This document shows positions 17,298 to 26,842 of a stretch of DNA of 51,788 bases, one piece after another. Positions within the stretch are counted from its first letter, which is position 1; the number at the start of each line of letters is the position of its first letter. The stretch lies in NCBI GenBank assembly GCA_043816375.1, contig JBDRIB010000280.1, forward strand, positions 1-51,788. The letters run 5' to 3'. Under the pieces are notes generated by a model, which saw only the letters and a program-made list of their open reading frames with translations, did not search any database and was not told where the DNA came from. A program made the position numbers and the translations under genes. This DNA is from Planctomycetota bacterium (lineage in GTDB: Bacteria > Planctomycetota > B129-G9).

Positions 17298-18197
17298 TCA
17301 GACGTGGCGACTGGCGCAGGCTATCATAGCGGCGTGGATGTCGATTACGTCTTCCGTGTTGGTTGCGTAACCGCCGGCGAGGACGGCAACGGCCGGAATG
17401 TTCCGCTTGCGGCTTTCGCCGAAGATGATTTCGTCGCGTCTTGCCAGACCCTCCCTGGTTAATTGAAGCGTGCCAAGTGTGTCGTGCACATAAGGGTCTG
17501 CTCCGGCAACGTAGAACACAAGGTCGGGCCTGTGGTCATCGAGGATTTGCGGGATGTGTTTCTCGATGTGAGGAAGATATTCGCCGTCGTCCGCGAAGTC
17601 GGGCAGGCCGATGTCCAGGTCGCTCTTCTGTTTGATGGGATAGAGATTCTGCTGGTGGATTGAGAACGTGAAGACTTCGGGAGTCTGCTGGAAAATCTTC
17701 GCGGTGCCGTTGCCCTGGTGCAAATCGCAGTCGATAATGGCGCATCTTTGAATCTTTCCGCTCACGAGCATCGTCCTGACCGCGACGGCGATGTCGTTGA
17801 TGAAACAGAAGCCCTCGCCGTGGTCGGCGAATGCGTGGTGAAAACCGCCGCCCAGGCTGACCGCAATGCCGCCGGTCTCCACCGCCTTCTCGCACGCCAT
17901 AATCGAGCCGCCTGTATGACAGAGAACCGCCTCTATCACTTCCTTTGTTATCGGCGCCTCGAATTCAAACCAGCCCGACTCGGGCCTGTCGGTCATCTGC
18001 CACATCCGTTTGTAGTAGTCGGCCTGATGAACGAGAAGGACTTCGTCCTCGGTCGCGCTGCGCGCGGGTATGATTTCGTCGGCCCTTATGATTCCGTCGC
18101 GTATGATGCGCTCCCTGACACGGCGGAATTTATCAACCGGGAAGACATGCTCGGCCCACTTGAGGTCGTAGGCGTCGGAGTAAACGATGTTAAGCAT
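17298..18197 (-). CDS. Histone deacetylase-family (Zn-dependent deacetylase/amidohydrolase)
   Basis: GGGFHHA, DCDLHQGNGT and GADPYxxD motifs. Confidence 0.85.
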   Translation of the reverse strand: MLNIVYSDAYDLKWAEHVFPVDKFRRVRERIIRDGIIRADEIIPARSATEDEVLLVHQADYYKRMWQMTDRPESGWFEFEAPITKEVIEAVLCHTGGSIMACEKAVETGGIAVSLGGGFHHAFADHGEGFCFINDIAVAVRTMLVSGKIQRCAIIDCDLHQGNGTAKIFQQTPEVFTFSIHQQNLYPIKQKSDLDIGLPDFADDGEYLPHIEKHIPQILDDHRPDLVFYVAGADPYVHDTLGTLQLTREGLARRDEIIFGESRKRNIPAVAVLAGGYATNTEDVIDIHAAMIACASRHV

Positions 18198-18273
18198 GCG
18201 GCGGTCTCGTACACGCGGTGCAGTTACCGATATTAACGGGCACTCTTCCCGGGCAGAGCCCCACAGAGGCGGG

Positions 18274-18996
18274 TCATCGGCCGATTTTGAGGCGTTCGGC
18301 GTTTATAATGGGCAGGCCCGCCTTGACTATCTTTTCGGCGGCGCCGTAGATGTCGTACTCCACGCGGCAGATACGAGCGATGTTCTGGTCGGTGTCGAAT
18401 ATTGCGCAGGATGCGCGCGGGTCTTCGTCACGCGGCTGGCCGGTGCTGCCGACGTTGATTATGTAGCACTTGCCTTCCTCCATTTTGACGGTGTCGTCAA
18501 CGGCAAAGGAGATGCTTGCATGTTCGATAAATGTGATGGGAACGTGCGAGTGTCCTATGAAAAGCATATGCTTCTTGAGTTCGCGGAAAGAATAGAGCGC
18601 ATCGATTATGGTCTGTACATAGCCGAAGGCCTCGGGCATATACAGCGAGCCGTGGACAAGCGTGAAGTTGTCGTAGTCCAGCACGAGCGGTCCCTTGTCC
18701 AGGAAGTCCTTGTCGGCCTGGGTAAGATGGTCCTGTGTCCAGAGCGTCGATTCTTTCGCAAAGATATTGAAGTAATCGATGCTCAGTTTTCCGATGGCGG
18801 CGTAGTCGTGATTACCCGCGATATAGTCGCAGTCCAGTTTGCGAATTTCCTCGATGCACTCGTGCGGCTGTGCGCCGTATCCTACGATGTCGCCCAGGCA
18901 GAGATATTTGTCGATGGCCTGGTCGGCCAGGAATCGGAGGACCGCGGTCAGGGCTTCGTAATTGGAGTGGACGTCGGATATGATTCCGTATCGCAT
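18274..18996 (-). CDS. Metallophosphoesterase (calcineurin-like)
   Basis: SDVHSN, GDIVGYG, GNHD and GHSH motifs in canonical order. Confidence 0.85.
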   Translation of the reverse strand: MRYGIISDVHSNYEALTAVLRFLADQAIDKYLCLGDIVGYGAQPHECIEEIRKLDCDYIAGNHDYAAIGKLSIDYFNIFAKESTLWTQDHLTQADKDFLDKGPLVLDYDNFTLVHGSLYMPEAFGYVQTIIDALYSFRELKKHMLFIGHSHVPITFIEHASISFAVDDTVKMEEGKCYIINVGSTGQPRDEDPRASCAIFDTDQNIARICRVEYDIYGAAEKIVKAGLPIINAERLKIGR

Positions 18997-19032
18997 TGAA
19001 CCCTTTCAGGATTTTTCACATTGTGAAGCGGT

Positions 19033-19839
19033 TCAGGTTATCTCGCGTTTCTCAAACAATGCCATTGATATCAAAAGAACTATTGCCGCCCCGCATATCG
19101 CGTATATGGCCGCCCAGCCGATATAGGCGGCGGTCACCGCCGATTGCCTCTCCGCAACGAGGGTGGCCACCCGGAAATATTCGAGCCTGGGCAGGGCCTC
19201 GAAAAAGGGCTTGCCGGGGCCGCCATGCGCGCTGATACCCAGTTGCCTGATTGCCTCGTCGGTCAGGTGTCCCAGGGTAAACAACCCCAGGCATATTGCC
19301 ACCGAAACCAGCCGCGACAGAAAGAGCGAAAGAGCCACGACGAGCGCCGCAAGCAGCGCCAGTTCGAAATACGTCAGGAGCGCGGCCTTGCCCACTTCAA
19401 GCAGCAGCGGCGATCCAACCGCATCGCCGTTGCCTGTACCCGCAATCTCCTCCGTCCCTTCTCTTGCCGCCAGCACGGCGCAAAGCACAATCGTGAGCAG
19501 CGCCAGCACCAGTGCGACGGCCATCATTATACCATAATATTTTCCGATAACAAGGCATCTCCGCGATACCGGCTTGGCCAGAGTGGGCAGCGCCGTGCGA
19601 GTGCGGCGCTCTTCAACCACCGTGCTGGTACCGCACAGCAGCACAGATACCAGCCCGCCCAACATAAGGGATGACAGCCCCATCTCGCGCACCATCTCCG
19701 TCTCACGCCCCAGCGCAAACAACGCCATCGAGCCGCCAATAACCATCAACCCGGAAAATACTATTACTATGACAACAAACGCCGGGTCGCGCAGGCATTC
19801 CTTAAGCGTTACCAGGGATATTGCAAATATTGAACGCAT
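19033..19839 (-). CDS. ABC-2 type transporter permease (orphan)
   Basis: N-terminal MRSIFAISLVTLKECLRDPAF... plus six predicted TM helices. The start is taken at Met12 of the track ORF. No ATPase partner is adjacent. Confidence 0.55.
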   Translation of the reverse strand: MRSIFAISLVTLKECLRDPAFVVIVIVFSGLMVIGGSMALFALGRETEMVREMGLSSLMLGGLVSVLLCGTSTVVEERRTRTALPTLAKPVSRRCLVIGKYYGIMMAVALVLALLTIVLCAVLAAREGTEEIAGTGNGDAVGSPLLLEVGKAALLTYFELALLAALVVALSLFLSRLVSVAICLGLFTLGHLTDEAIRQLGISAHGGPGKPFFEALPRLEYFRVATLVAERQSAVTAAYIGWAAIYAICGAAIVLLISMALFEKREIT

Positions 19840-19977
19840 ATCGTCTTTTCCCCTGCCAAAACGTCCTCGCAAGACCTTCCCGCCATCCAGCCCTCAGCAC
19901 GAGAATACGAAAGTCAGCCGCCCGTGTCAAGAGCGACCGGCAAGCCACCCCGGTTCTCCCCCTGAACAGAGACAGTG

Positions 19978-19996
19978 GAATAGGGACAGTCCCTAT
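19978..19996. repeat. 19-bp perfect palindrome AATAGGGAC-A-GTCCCTATT
   Basis: Read directly. Related half-copies lie at about 20049-20072 (AGAGACAGTCCGAACAGGGACAGCC). Confidence 0.85.
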
Positions 19997-20336
19997 TGTC
20001 TTCACTGTTTTGGGGAGTAAAAGCCTCATTCGAGGAATTTTCCCGAATAGAGACAGTCCGAACAGGGACAGCCTCTACTGGATTGCAAAGCCCGCCTTAC
20101 ATTGAAGGGCGGCACACGCTTCCGCCACATCAATTACTAACCGATTTCTCGCTATGCACTTATGGAATCTCGCGGAGTCTGGAGGCAAAACCCGGCAAGA
20201 AAATCTGCCCTCCCGCCCTTCGTGCGGTGTCTTATATGTGAAGGATAAAGCAAAAGTACTCGTCGCACTTAAACCGGCGACGGGATGAGAAACAGGCCTC
20301 GCTAAGGGCCGGGTCACAATACCTGGAAAGCAAACT

Positions 20337-20597
20337 ATGGAGCAAAAGGACAAGAACAACTTCAACCTGTCTGAAAAATATCGCAAGGGCAAACTTACTG
20401 CAAAGGAGCGCAAAATGTTCAAGAAACACATGGAAAAGTGTCACCAGTGTCGCGACAAAAACGAAGCCCTGCCGAACGACGCCGGTGAAATCTTTCCTTC
20501 CGAATCCCCTTTCGGCGGGAAACTCACCGATGAGGAAAAGAAAGAACTCAAGAGAAAGATACTGGAAAGGATTGCGAAGGGAAAAACCGGGCAATAA
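20337..20597 (+). CDS. Small soluble zinc-finger protein with ZAS-type HxxxCxxC motif (putative anti-sigma)
   Basis: 86 aa, HMEKCHQC motif, no TM segment, Lys/Glu-rich. It lies immediately upstream of the ECF sigma gene. Confidence 0.5.
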   Translation: MEQKDKNNFNLSEKYRKGKLTAKERKMFKKHMEKCHQCRDKNEALPNDAGEIFPSESPFGGKLTDEEKKELKRKILERIAKGKTGQ

Positions 20598-20681
20598 CAG
20601 CGTCAGGGGGCGAAACGTGAGCAGTCAGCGTACAAGCCACGACGCACAAACGCAATTTGTTATTTTTGGAGAGGTGCGATA

Positions 20682-21356
20682 ATGGGCCACACAAAATCAG
20701 ACGAAAAAGAACTTGTTCGCCGAGCACAGGGAGGAAGCCGCAAGGCATTTGAACAACTGGTCAGGAAGTACTACAACCTGATTAACGTGCTTGTCTTCTG
20801 TCATACACACAGCCCCGAGGACACCCGCGACCTGGTGCAGGAGGTGTTCCTGAGCGCACTTGAAGGAATACGCGAACTGGACGAGGAAGGCAAGTTCCGC
20901 TCCTGGCTGATGCAAATCGCCAGAGCAGCCAGTTACAACTGGATTACGCGACGTCACGATATGGTCTCCATCGAGAATGTGGATATGGAAGACCCGAGAC
21001 TGCTCGATACCCGCGGATGCCGTCACACACCGCACGACCGCGCCACAAACCGGGAAACACGCCGCTGGGTGCTGCGCGCCCTGGACAGCCTGAACCCGCG
21101 CTACAAGAACGTCATCCTGCTCAAATATATGGAAGGACTTTCCTACGATGAAATAGGGGAAATACTGGGCGTGTCCATCGCTACCATCCGCAGCAGACTC
21201 TACCGCGCCAAGTCGAAACTCCAGAGCATCCTCCGCGCGCGCGTGCCGAATCTCGAAAAACACTGGTGCGAGCAGCATCTCGCCCTGACACCGGAGATGG
21301 CCGACGCGGATACCGATTACCTGGACGGTGCGGGCGGACTTTTGTCCGCATTGTAA
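20682..21356 (+). CDS. ECF-type RNA polymerase sigma factor
   Basis: Region 2 (DLVQEVFLSAL..., FRSWLMQIARAASYNWITRR) and region 4 HTH (LKYMEGLSYDEIGEILGVSIATIRSRLYRAKSKL). GGAGAGG Shine-Dalgarno. Confidence 0.85.
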   Translation: MGHTKSDEKELVRRAQGGSRKAFEQLVRKYYNLINVLVFCHTHSPEDTRDLVQEVFLSALEGIRELDEEGKFRSWLMQIARAASYNWITRRHDMVSIENVDMEDPRLLDTRGCRHTPHDRATNRETRRWVLRALDSLNPRYKNVILLKYMEGLSYDEIGEILGVSIATIRSRLYRAKSKLQSILRARVPNLEKHWCEQHLALTPEMADADTDYLDGAGGLLSAL

Positions 21357-21592
21357 TACCCCGGTCACGCTCCCGACATCCTATGAGCCGCACCACTGCT
21401 TCGTTGCAGGGGAGGCCTTCGGGCTTCCACAGGCAGCCGCGCCGCCGAATCTGCCTGGATATCTTAACGCCCCCGGTACGTCCCGGCGTGAAAACGCCGG
21501 CAGGCGTTACCGGCTGCCGTCACACCTTCTTGAATTTGACACTCCCTTCATTATAATAACAGCCCGAAACCGGACAATAACAGCGGACTGCT

Positions 21593-21973
21593 ATGCATCC
21601 TCAAAAAAAGCGAAAGAAGGCGGGCGCCGCATCCGGAAGATGCGCCGACTATCATCCGCTTGCGCGCCGGGCTATTAACCTGAGCGTTGTCGCGTGCCTG
21701 GGCTACGCACTTGCGGTGGTCGCCGCTATAGTATTGACCGCAATAGCGGGGAGCAACAGCGGCCTGTCCCCAATCGCCTTTTACATACTGCTTGCGATTG
21801 CCTTTGCAATGCTGCTGGTCAACATCGCGGGACTGGCAAGCGCGATAGTCGTTCTCGCAAAACACAGGATATGGCTGGACGGCGTCATCGCGCTGCTATG
21901 CAACTCTCTGCCGCTCGTCGTTATCGGACTGTTAATTGCCATCTTCCATCTCGCTCTGCCGGAAGTCCATTGA
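21593..21973 (+). CDS. Hypothetical membrane protein (3 TM)
   Basis: Basic N-terminus then three long hydrophobic helices. A TTGAAT-16-TATAAT promoter-like sequence lies at 21529-21556. Confidence 0.5.
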   Translation: MHPQKKRKKAGAASGRCADYHPLARRAINLSVVACLGYALAVVAAIVLTAIAGSNSGLSPIAFYILLAIAFAMLLVNIAGLASAIVVLAKHRIWLDGVIALLCNSLPLVVIGLLIAIFHLALPEVH

Positions 21974-22016
21974 GACAATTCAGGACCCACGGTGACTGTC
22001 TCTGTGACATAAAAAA

Positions 22017-22811
22017 ATGCGCTCCGAACATACAAAGCACACCCACAGTCGAATGCAAAAGGACAAACTGCATACATCCGTCCGCCGCTACATCCACAGC
22101 AGGGAAATAGCGGTAAACTACGATTCGTACTTCGCGGACAACGAACTGTTCAGGTTTGACACGATAATCCTGGACAAGATGTTCGGCACCCCGGGAAACC
22201 TGCTCGACCTCGGCTGCGGCACCGGCAGGCATATCGTCCACTTCGCATCCAAAGGCCATACGGTCACCGGCGTGGATTTGTCGCAGGAGATGCTTGCAGT
22301 TGCGCGGCGGAAAATCTCCGATGCAAACCTGACCGCCACACTCCTCCGCGAGGATATAACCGACCTGGCAGCCGTGCCGGACAACAAATTCGACTATGCC
22401 ATCTGTATGTTCAGCACTCTCGGCATGCTCCGCAACAAGGCCGCCCGCATTGCGGCCATCGCCGAGGCAAGGAGAAAACTCGTCGGCGGAGGCCTGTTTG
22501 CCGCGCACTTCCACAACGTCTTCTTCGACACGCTGAACCCGACCGGTTTGAAGTGGCTGGTCGGAACATATCTGAGGGGCATTTTTCTGCCGGGATTTGA
22601 AATCGGCGACAAGGTATTTCCCGGCTATCGCGGCATCCCCGGTATGCGCCTTCACCTGTTCAGCCTCCGCGAAATCAAGACGCTGTTCAGGCGCGCAGGT
22701 CTCGCCATAAGAGATGTCTTCTTCGTAAACCGTCCCCGCACGGATATCATTCAGTCATCCCGCCTTGCATCCTTTCGCTCCAACGGCTTCATCATCATCG
22801 GCAGAAAATAA
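22017..22811 (+). CDS. Class I SAM-dependent methyltransferase
   Basis: Motif I LLDLGCGTGRH, then acidic post-I VTGVDLS. The start could be Met13. Confidence 0.8.
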   Translation: MRSEHTKHTHSRMQKDKLHTSVRRYIHSREIAVNYDSYFADNELFRFDTIILDKMFGTPGNLLDLGCGTGRHIVHFASKGHTVTGVDLSQEMLAVARRKISDANLTATLLREDITDLAAVPDNKFDYAICMFSTLGMLRNKAARIAAIAEARRKLVGGGLFAAHFHNVFFDTLNPTGLKWLVGTYLRGIFLPGFEIGDKVFPGYRGIPGMRLHLFSLREIKTLFRRAGLAIRDVFFVNRPRTDIIQSSRLASFRSNGFIIIGRK

Positions 22812-22926
22812 CAGGCAAAAAGGTCATACCCTCCGTCTGTCGCTGAAACCTGTTGACACACCGGAAGTATGGCGCTAAAGTGCACGCAGAATAAGCCGTT
22901 ATAACCGCGTCTACGGGAGGGAAAAT

Positions 22927-25248
22927 ATGGTCTACAAGATAACCTGCAAATGCGGCAAGAGACTGGGGGTGCGCCCGGAGATGGTGGGCAGGGTTTGCAC
23001 CTGTCCGCGATGCGGGAACAAATTCAAAATCCCCCCGCCGCCGGAAGCCGTGGAAACGACACCCCCGCCTCAGCCCCGGAGTGAGCAGGTCGAACACGTA
23101 ACGACCATCGCGCCGGGACCCAAAGCAACCGGGAAGTTGCCGTGGATAATTGCCGGCGTACTCGCCCTTGCCGTCATCGGCCTGCTTGTCGCTTTCATCA
23201 TTATTCCTGCCATCAGCCCCGAGGAAGCACCTCCAAAATCCGCCGATGCCGATAAGCCCGAACCAGATTTGGAAAACGAAAACGGGACGGAAGACGAACC
23301 AGAGATTGAACACGAACCGGAACCCGAAAGCGAACCGGGGTCTGTACCGGTAACAGAACCAGAACCGCTTCCGGCTCCGGAGCCGGAAGCCACGCCCGCG
23401 CCGGAACCAAAGCCGGAACCCGCGCCGGAAACGCTCGAAGACGTCATAGCGCGCGTCAAGCCGTCGGTTGTCACCGTGCTCACCGATGAGGGGGTGGGAT
23501 CGGGTTTTGTTATTGACCGGAAAAACTGCCTCGTCGTCACAAACAGACACGTAATAGCAGGCGGCAGAAAAATCAGAGTGCGCTTCTACTCCGACGAATT
23601 CGCGGAAAAGAAGAAAGAATTCAGCGTGCTAAAGGTGCTGAAAATCCACAAAAATGCGGACATAGCGATTCTGAAGTTAGACTGCGGCGAGTCGCAACTG
23701 CCGCCGGCGCTGGCGACCGCCAATACCGCCAAGGTAAGACAGGGAGAAAACATATTCACAATCGGAAGCCCGGGAAGCGGCGTAAAGGAAATAGGCGGCG
23801 GCCTGCTTGAGCAGACAGCCACGCCGGGAATCATAAGCGCAATCGAACGCATCGTCCTGAAAACCAGGTGCTTCCAGATTACCGCCGCGATTAACCCCGG
23901 CAACAGCGGCGGCCCGCTTTTCAATATGCAGGGCGAAGTTGTCGGCGTCAACACCTACGGACTGTCGAAACTCGACATTGAAAACACGAATTTCGCCATC
24001 TACATAGACTACGTGCTGGAACTGCTGAAAGACGACACGCTGTCGCTCGACGAAGAGGCCATAAAAAATATCGTCAAGAGCGAGTTGGCGGTGCGGGATT
24101 TCGGAAAAGAACTTATCAAACTCATTCCGCTGAAGGGAACAATTTTCAAGATGATACTCGACGAAGAAAGAGATATGCTCTACGCCCTGGAGGACACGAC
24201 AAACAGCCTGGTGGCAATCAGCACAAAGGACTACCAGATAAAGAAACGACTGTTCGTCGGCAGCAATCCGGTTGACCTCGACATTCATGAAAAAGAACGC
24301 AAAATCTACGTCGCCTGCTTCAACCCGCCCCAGATAACCGTCATCAGCCTGGACAAACTGGAAAAAGTGAAGACCTGCTCCGTCCCCTGTTACAGGTTGC
24401 TTGTCGCACGCGCGCTGGGCGACGGCAGGATGCTGCTTACGGTAATTGCAAGTTTCAAACCGGAGGTGGAACATTTTATCCCGCCCTTCGACAGGATACA
24501 GATTTGCACTTACAAACTCGATTCCACCTCCCTCGGAACCCGCCTGTCCAACCCGCTGAGCAAGGAAGCCAACAAGGAGATAATCAGCAGCATCGAGAAT
24601 AATAAGAGGGCGCTTCTTTACAAGAAGCGTGGCTCCCCGGAGGAAAAGAAATATGCATCAGAACTCGACAAAGAGGTCGGGCGCGTCTCGCAATTCATAC
24701 GGTGGGCCTTCAAAGAACCCTTTGTTGAGGTCGGACCCGACAAACGGGTGCTCTTCATAGCGGAAATCGCTGATGAGAAAAAGAATGAATTCATGGTTTA
24801 CTCCATCTTGCCCGGAATCGAAGGCCTCAGACATAAGGCCCAGACCGTGCGTCCGGTGCCCGTGATTTTCGGCGAAAGCATCTTCTCGACCTTTTACACG
24901 CGTTATCCAATAAAGATATCCGACGACGGCAGCCTCCTCTGCCTGGGCATAACCGTCCTTGACCCGAATACCCTGGAAGAGAAAGGCAGAGTAAAAATTA
25001 TGAGCGATGGCGTACACAGAAAGTTCCCCGAGTTGAACTCCATCTGCCTGGCCGCGCCCCAGGCGAATATACTGGCCACCGGCTCCTGCCTGATGAGCGC
25101 GAAGGAATTCAGGGTAATCAAGCCGCTCCCGTTTATCTCAACCTCGATGTTATGCGACAAAAAAGGGAAGGTGCTCTACATCTCCGATCCTTTCAATCCC
25201 CAGATTGCCGTCATCTCACTCGAAGAATACCTCAAAGAGCCCGAGTAA
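22927..25248 (+). CDS. Membrane-anchored trypsin-like serine protease fused to N-terminal Zn-ribbon and C-terminal beta-propeller-like region
   Basis: CKCG...CPRCG Zn ribbon, one TM helix, Pro/Glu-rich spacer (EPEPESEP...PEPKPEP), S1 triad motifs TNRHV / DIAILKL / GNSGGPLF, then about 400 aa with YVTN-like repeat character. Confidence 0.8.
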   Translation: MVYKITCKCGKRLGVRPEMVGRVCTCPRCGNKFKIPPPPEAVETTPPPQPRSEQVEHVTTIAPGPKATGKLPWIIAGVLALAVIGLLVAFIIIPAISPEEAPPKSADADKPEPDLENENGTEDEPEIEHEPEPESEPGSVPVTEPEPLPAPEPEATPAPEPKPEPAPETLEDVIARVKPSVVTVLTDEGVGSGFVIDRKNCLVVTNRHVIAGGRKIRVRFYSDEFAEKKKEFSVLKVLKIHKNADIAILKLDCGESQLPPALATANTAKVRQGENIFTIGSPGSGVKEIGGGLLEQTATPGIISAIERIVLKTRCFQITAAINPGNSGGPLFNMQGEVVGVNTYGLSKLDIENTNFAIYIDYVLELLKDDTLSLDEEAIKNIVKSELAVRDFGKELIKLIPLKGTIFKMILDEERDMLYALEDTTNSLVAISTKDYQIKKRLFVGSNPVDLDIHEKERKIYVACFNPPQITVISLDKLEKVKTCSVPCYRLLVARALGDGRMLLTVIASFKPEVEHFIPPFDRIQICTYKLDSTSLGTRLSNPLSKEANKEIISSIENNKRALLYKKRGSPEEKKYASELDKEVGRVSQFIRWAFKEPFVEVGPDKRVLFIAEIADEKKNEFMVYSILPGIEGLRHKAQTVRPVPVIFGESIFSTFYTRYPIKISDDGSLLCLGITVLDPNTLEEKGRVKIMSDGVHRKFPELNSICLAAPQANILATGSCLMSAKEFRVIKPLPFISTSMLCDKKGKVLYISDPFNPQIAVISLEEYLKEPE

Positions 25249-25327
25249 CAACAAAAGGGGGCCTAACTCTTTTGTTGTTGTTCATTTTGCTTGCATGGGT
25301 ATGGCACTCTGGTAGAATCCGCGTCTT

Positions 25328-26839
25328 ATGTACAAGTTCCTGCTCATATCCAGATACCTGCGAAAGCGCACGCTCATACTGCTTTCCGCCGGAGGAATGA
25401 CGGTCGCGGTGATGGTGTTTATCGTCATTTTCTCCGTGCTTGAAGGCTTCGGGAAAGGCATCGTGAGCACCCTGAGGGGCACGATGTCCGACGTGGTCAT
25501 TGAAGATACCTCGGGCAGCGGAATCGCCGACTACGACGAGATAATGCGGGACCTGGAATCGGAAATCGACGACGTGGAGGTTTGCTCGCCGTTCATAGAA
25601 CGCATCGCAATGTTCCAGTCGGCATCCTTCAACAGATCAGTCGAGGAAGACGGCTATACCGTTGACCGTGCCCGTGAGCGCACCAGGGCCCAATACGGAC
25701 GGATTCGCGGCATAGACCCCGAACGGGAAGCCAGGGTGGGCGACCTGACAAGATACCTCGCCAAGGGCGGCTTCTACGAGTCACATCCCGGCATACGGAC
25801 CGGAGACATTTTGCGCCCGGGCGCGCGTCACGTAATTGTGGAGAAGCACTTCGCGCTGCCCGCGGGATTTGCGACGAATGAAGAGGACGCCAACGTATTT
25901 CTCGTGAGAGGACTCGATGCCCGGGGCGCGTACATAACATCCGTTCCGTGGTCGCGGGTGGAGGGAGATACCTTCGCCGAAAAGGCCCGCAACGCACGCG
26001 CGCTGTTCGGCCCGGGACTCAGAATCAGAAGCCACGTCTTCCTGATATCCTCACTGAAGACAAATTCGCCCCTGCCGACAAACTTCGGCGACTACACCGT
26101 GGCTGGTCATTTCGAGACCGGCCATCCCGAATACGACAGAGGCGTGGTGCTGATGCATTACAAGGACGCGCAGGAGTTGCTCGGGATGGGCGGCAGCGGC
26201 GCGGACGCCCTGACCGGCGGCGGCGGAAGAAAACCGACCGTCTCCGGTATCAACATCAAACTGAAACCCGGAGCGTACGAGCGTCTGAAACGGATTAAAC
26301 CGGCTATCGAAGGGGTGCTCGCCCGTTACGGGACGGCCTTCAAAGTGCGCGGCTGGACCGAGGTTCGACACAAGATGCTCGATGCCGTCGCGACCGAAAA
26401 GGCGCTCGCCTTTATAATCCTGTCCTGCATAGTCCTTGCGATGGGCTTCGGCATCTTTGCGATACAATCCTTCTCGGTCGTCAGGCACAGGCGCGACATC
26501 GGAATAATGAAGGCCCTGGGCGCGACGAACGGCGGGGTAATGGCGGTCTTCCTGGGTGTCAGCGTCGCCGTGGGCGTGGTCGGGGCGGTACTGGGAGTGA
26601 TGCTTGGCATCATCATTGCGGCCAACGTAAACGAAATACTGTCGGTCGTCGAGCATCTGTTCGGCTGGGAACTGTTCCCGAAAGACCTCTTTTACCTGGA
26701 CAGGGTCCCAAGCGAGATAAGTCCCATTACTTACGGCGTAATCGCCGGAGTGGCAATTGCGATATGCACGCTCGCGGGCATCCTGCCCGCGGCAAAGGCT
26801 GCGCGGCGCGAGCCGGTGGTCTGTCTGGTGGCGGATTAA
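25328..26839 (+). CDS. LolC/LolE-family (FtsX/MacB-type) ABC permease, enlarged periplasmic domain
   Basis: N-terminal MYKFLLISRYLRKR... TM1, a large extracytoplasmic domain, and a C-terminal FtsX 3-TM bundle with IGIMKALGAT. Confidence 0.8.
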   Translation: MYKFLLISRYLRKRTLILLSAGGMTVAVMVFIVIFSVLEGFGKGIVSTLRGTMSDVVIEDTSGSGIADYDEIMRDLESEIDDVEVCSPFIERIAMFQSASFNRSVEEDGYTVDRARERTRAQYGRIRGIDPEREARVGDLTRYLAKGGFYESHPGIRTGDILRPGARHVIVEKHFALPAGFATNEEDANVFLVRGLDARGAYITSVPWSRVEGDTFAEKARNARALFGPGLRIRSHVFLISSLKTNSPLPTNFGDYTVAGHFETGHPEYDRGVVLMHYKDAQELLGMGGSGADALTGGGGRKPTVSGINIKLKPGAYERLKRIKPAIEGVLARYGTAFKVRGWTEVRHKMLDAVATEKALAFIILSCIVLAMGFGIFAIQSFSVVRHRRDIGIMKALGATNGGVMAVFLGVSVAVGVVGAVLGVMLGIIIAANVNEILSVVEHLFGWELFPKDLFYLDRVPSEISPITYGVIAGVAIAICTLAGILPAAKAARREPVVCLVAD

Positions 26840-26842
26840 CTT

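Noticed and set aside
19840-19872. Upstream start (MRGRFGRGKDD...) for the ABC-2 permease
   Set aside because: The extension is an Arg/Gly-rich, non-hydrophobic leader with no Shine-Dalgarno. Met12 gives the typical ABC-2 N-terminus.
21328-21678. 116-aa ORF with CPHC...HHC after the sigma gene
   Set aside because: It runs through a promoter-like TTGAAT-16-TATAAT and overlaps the 21593 membrane-protein gene in another frame, and it has no TM or known domain. I mention it only as a possible anti-sigma remnant in the sigma finding.
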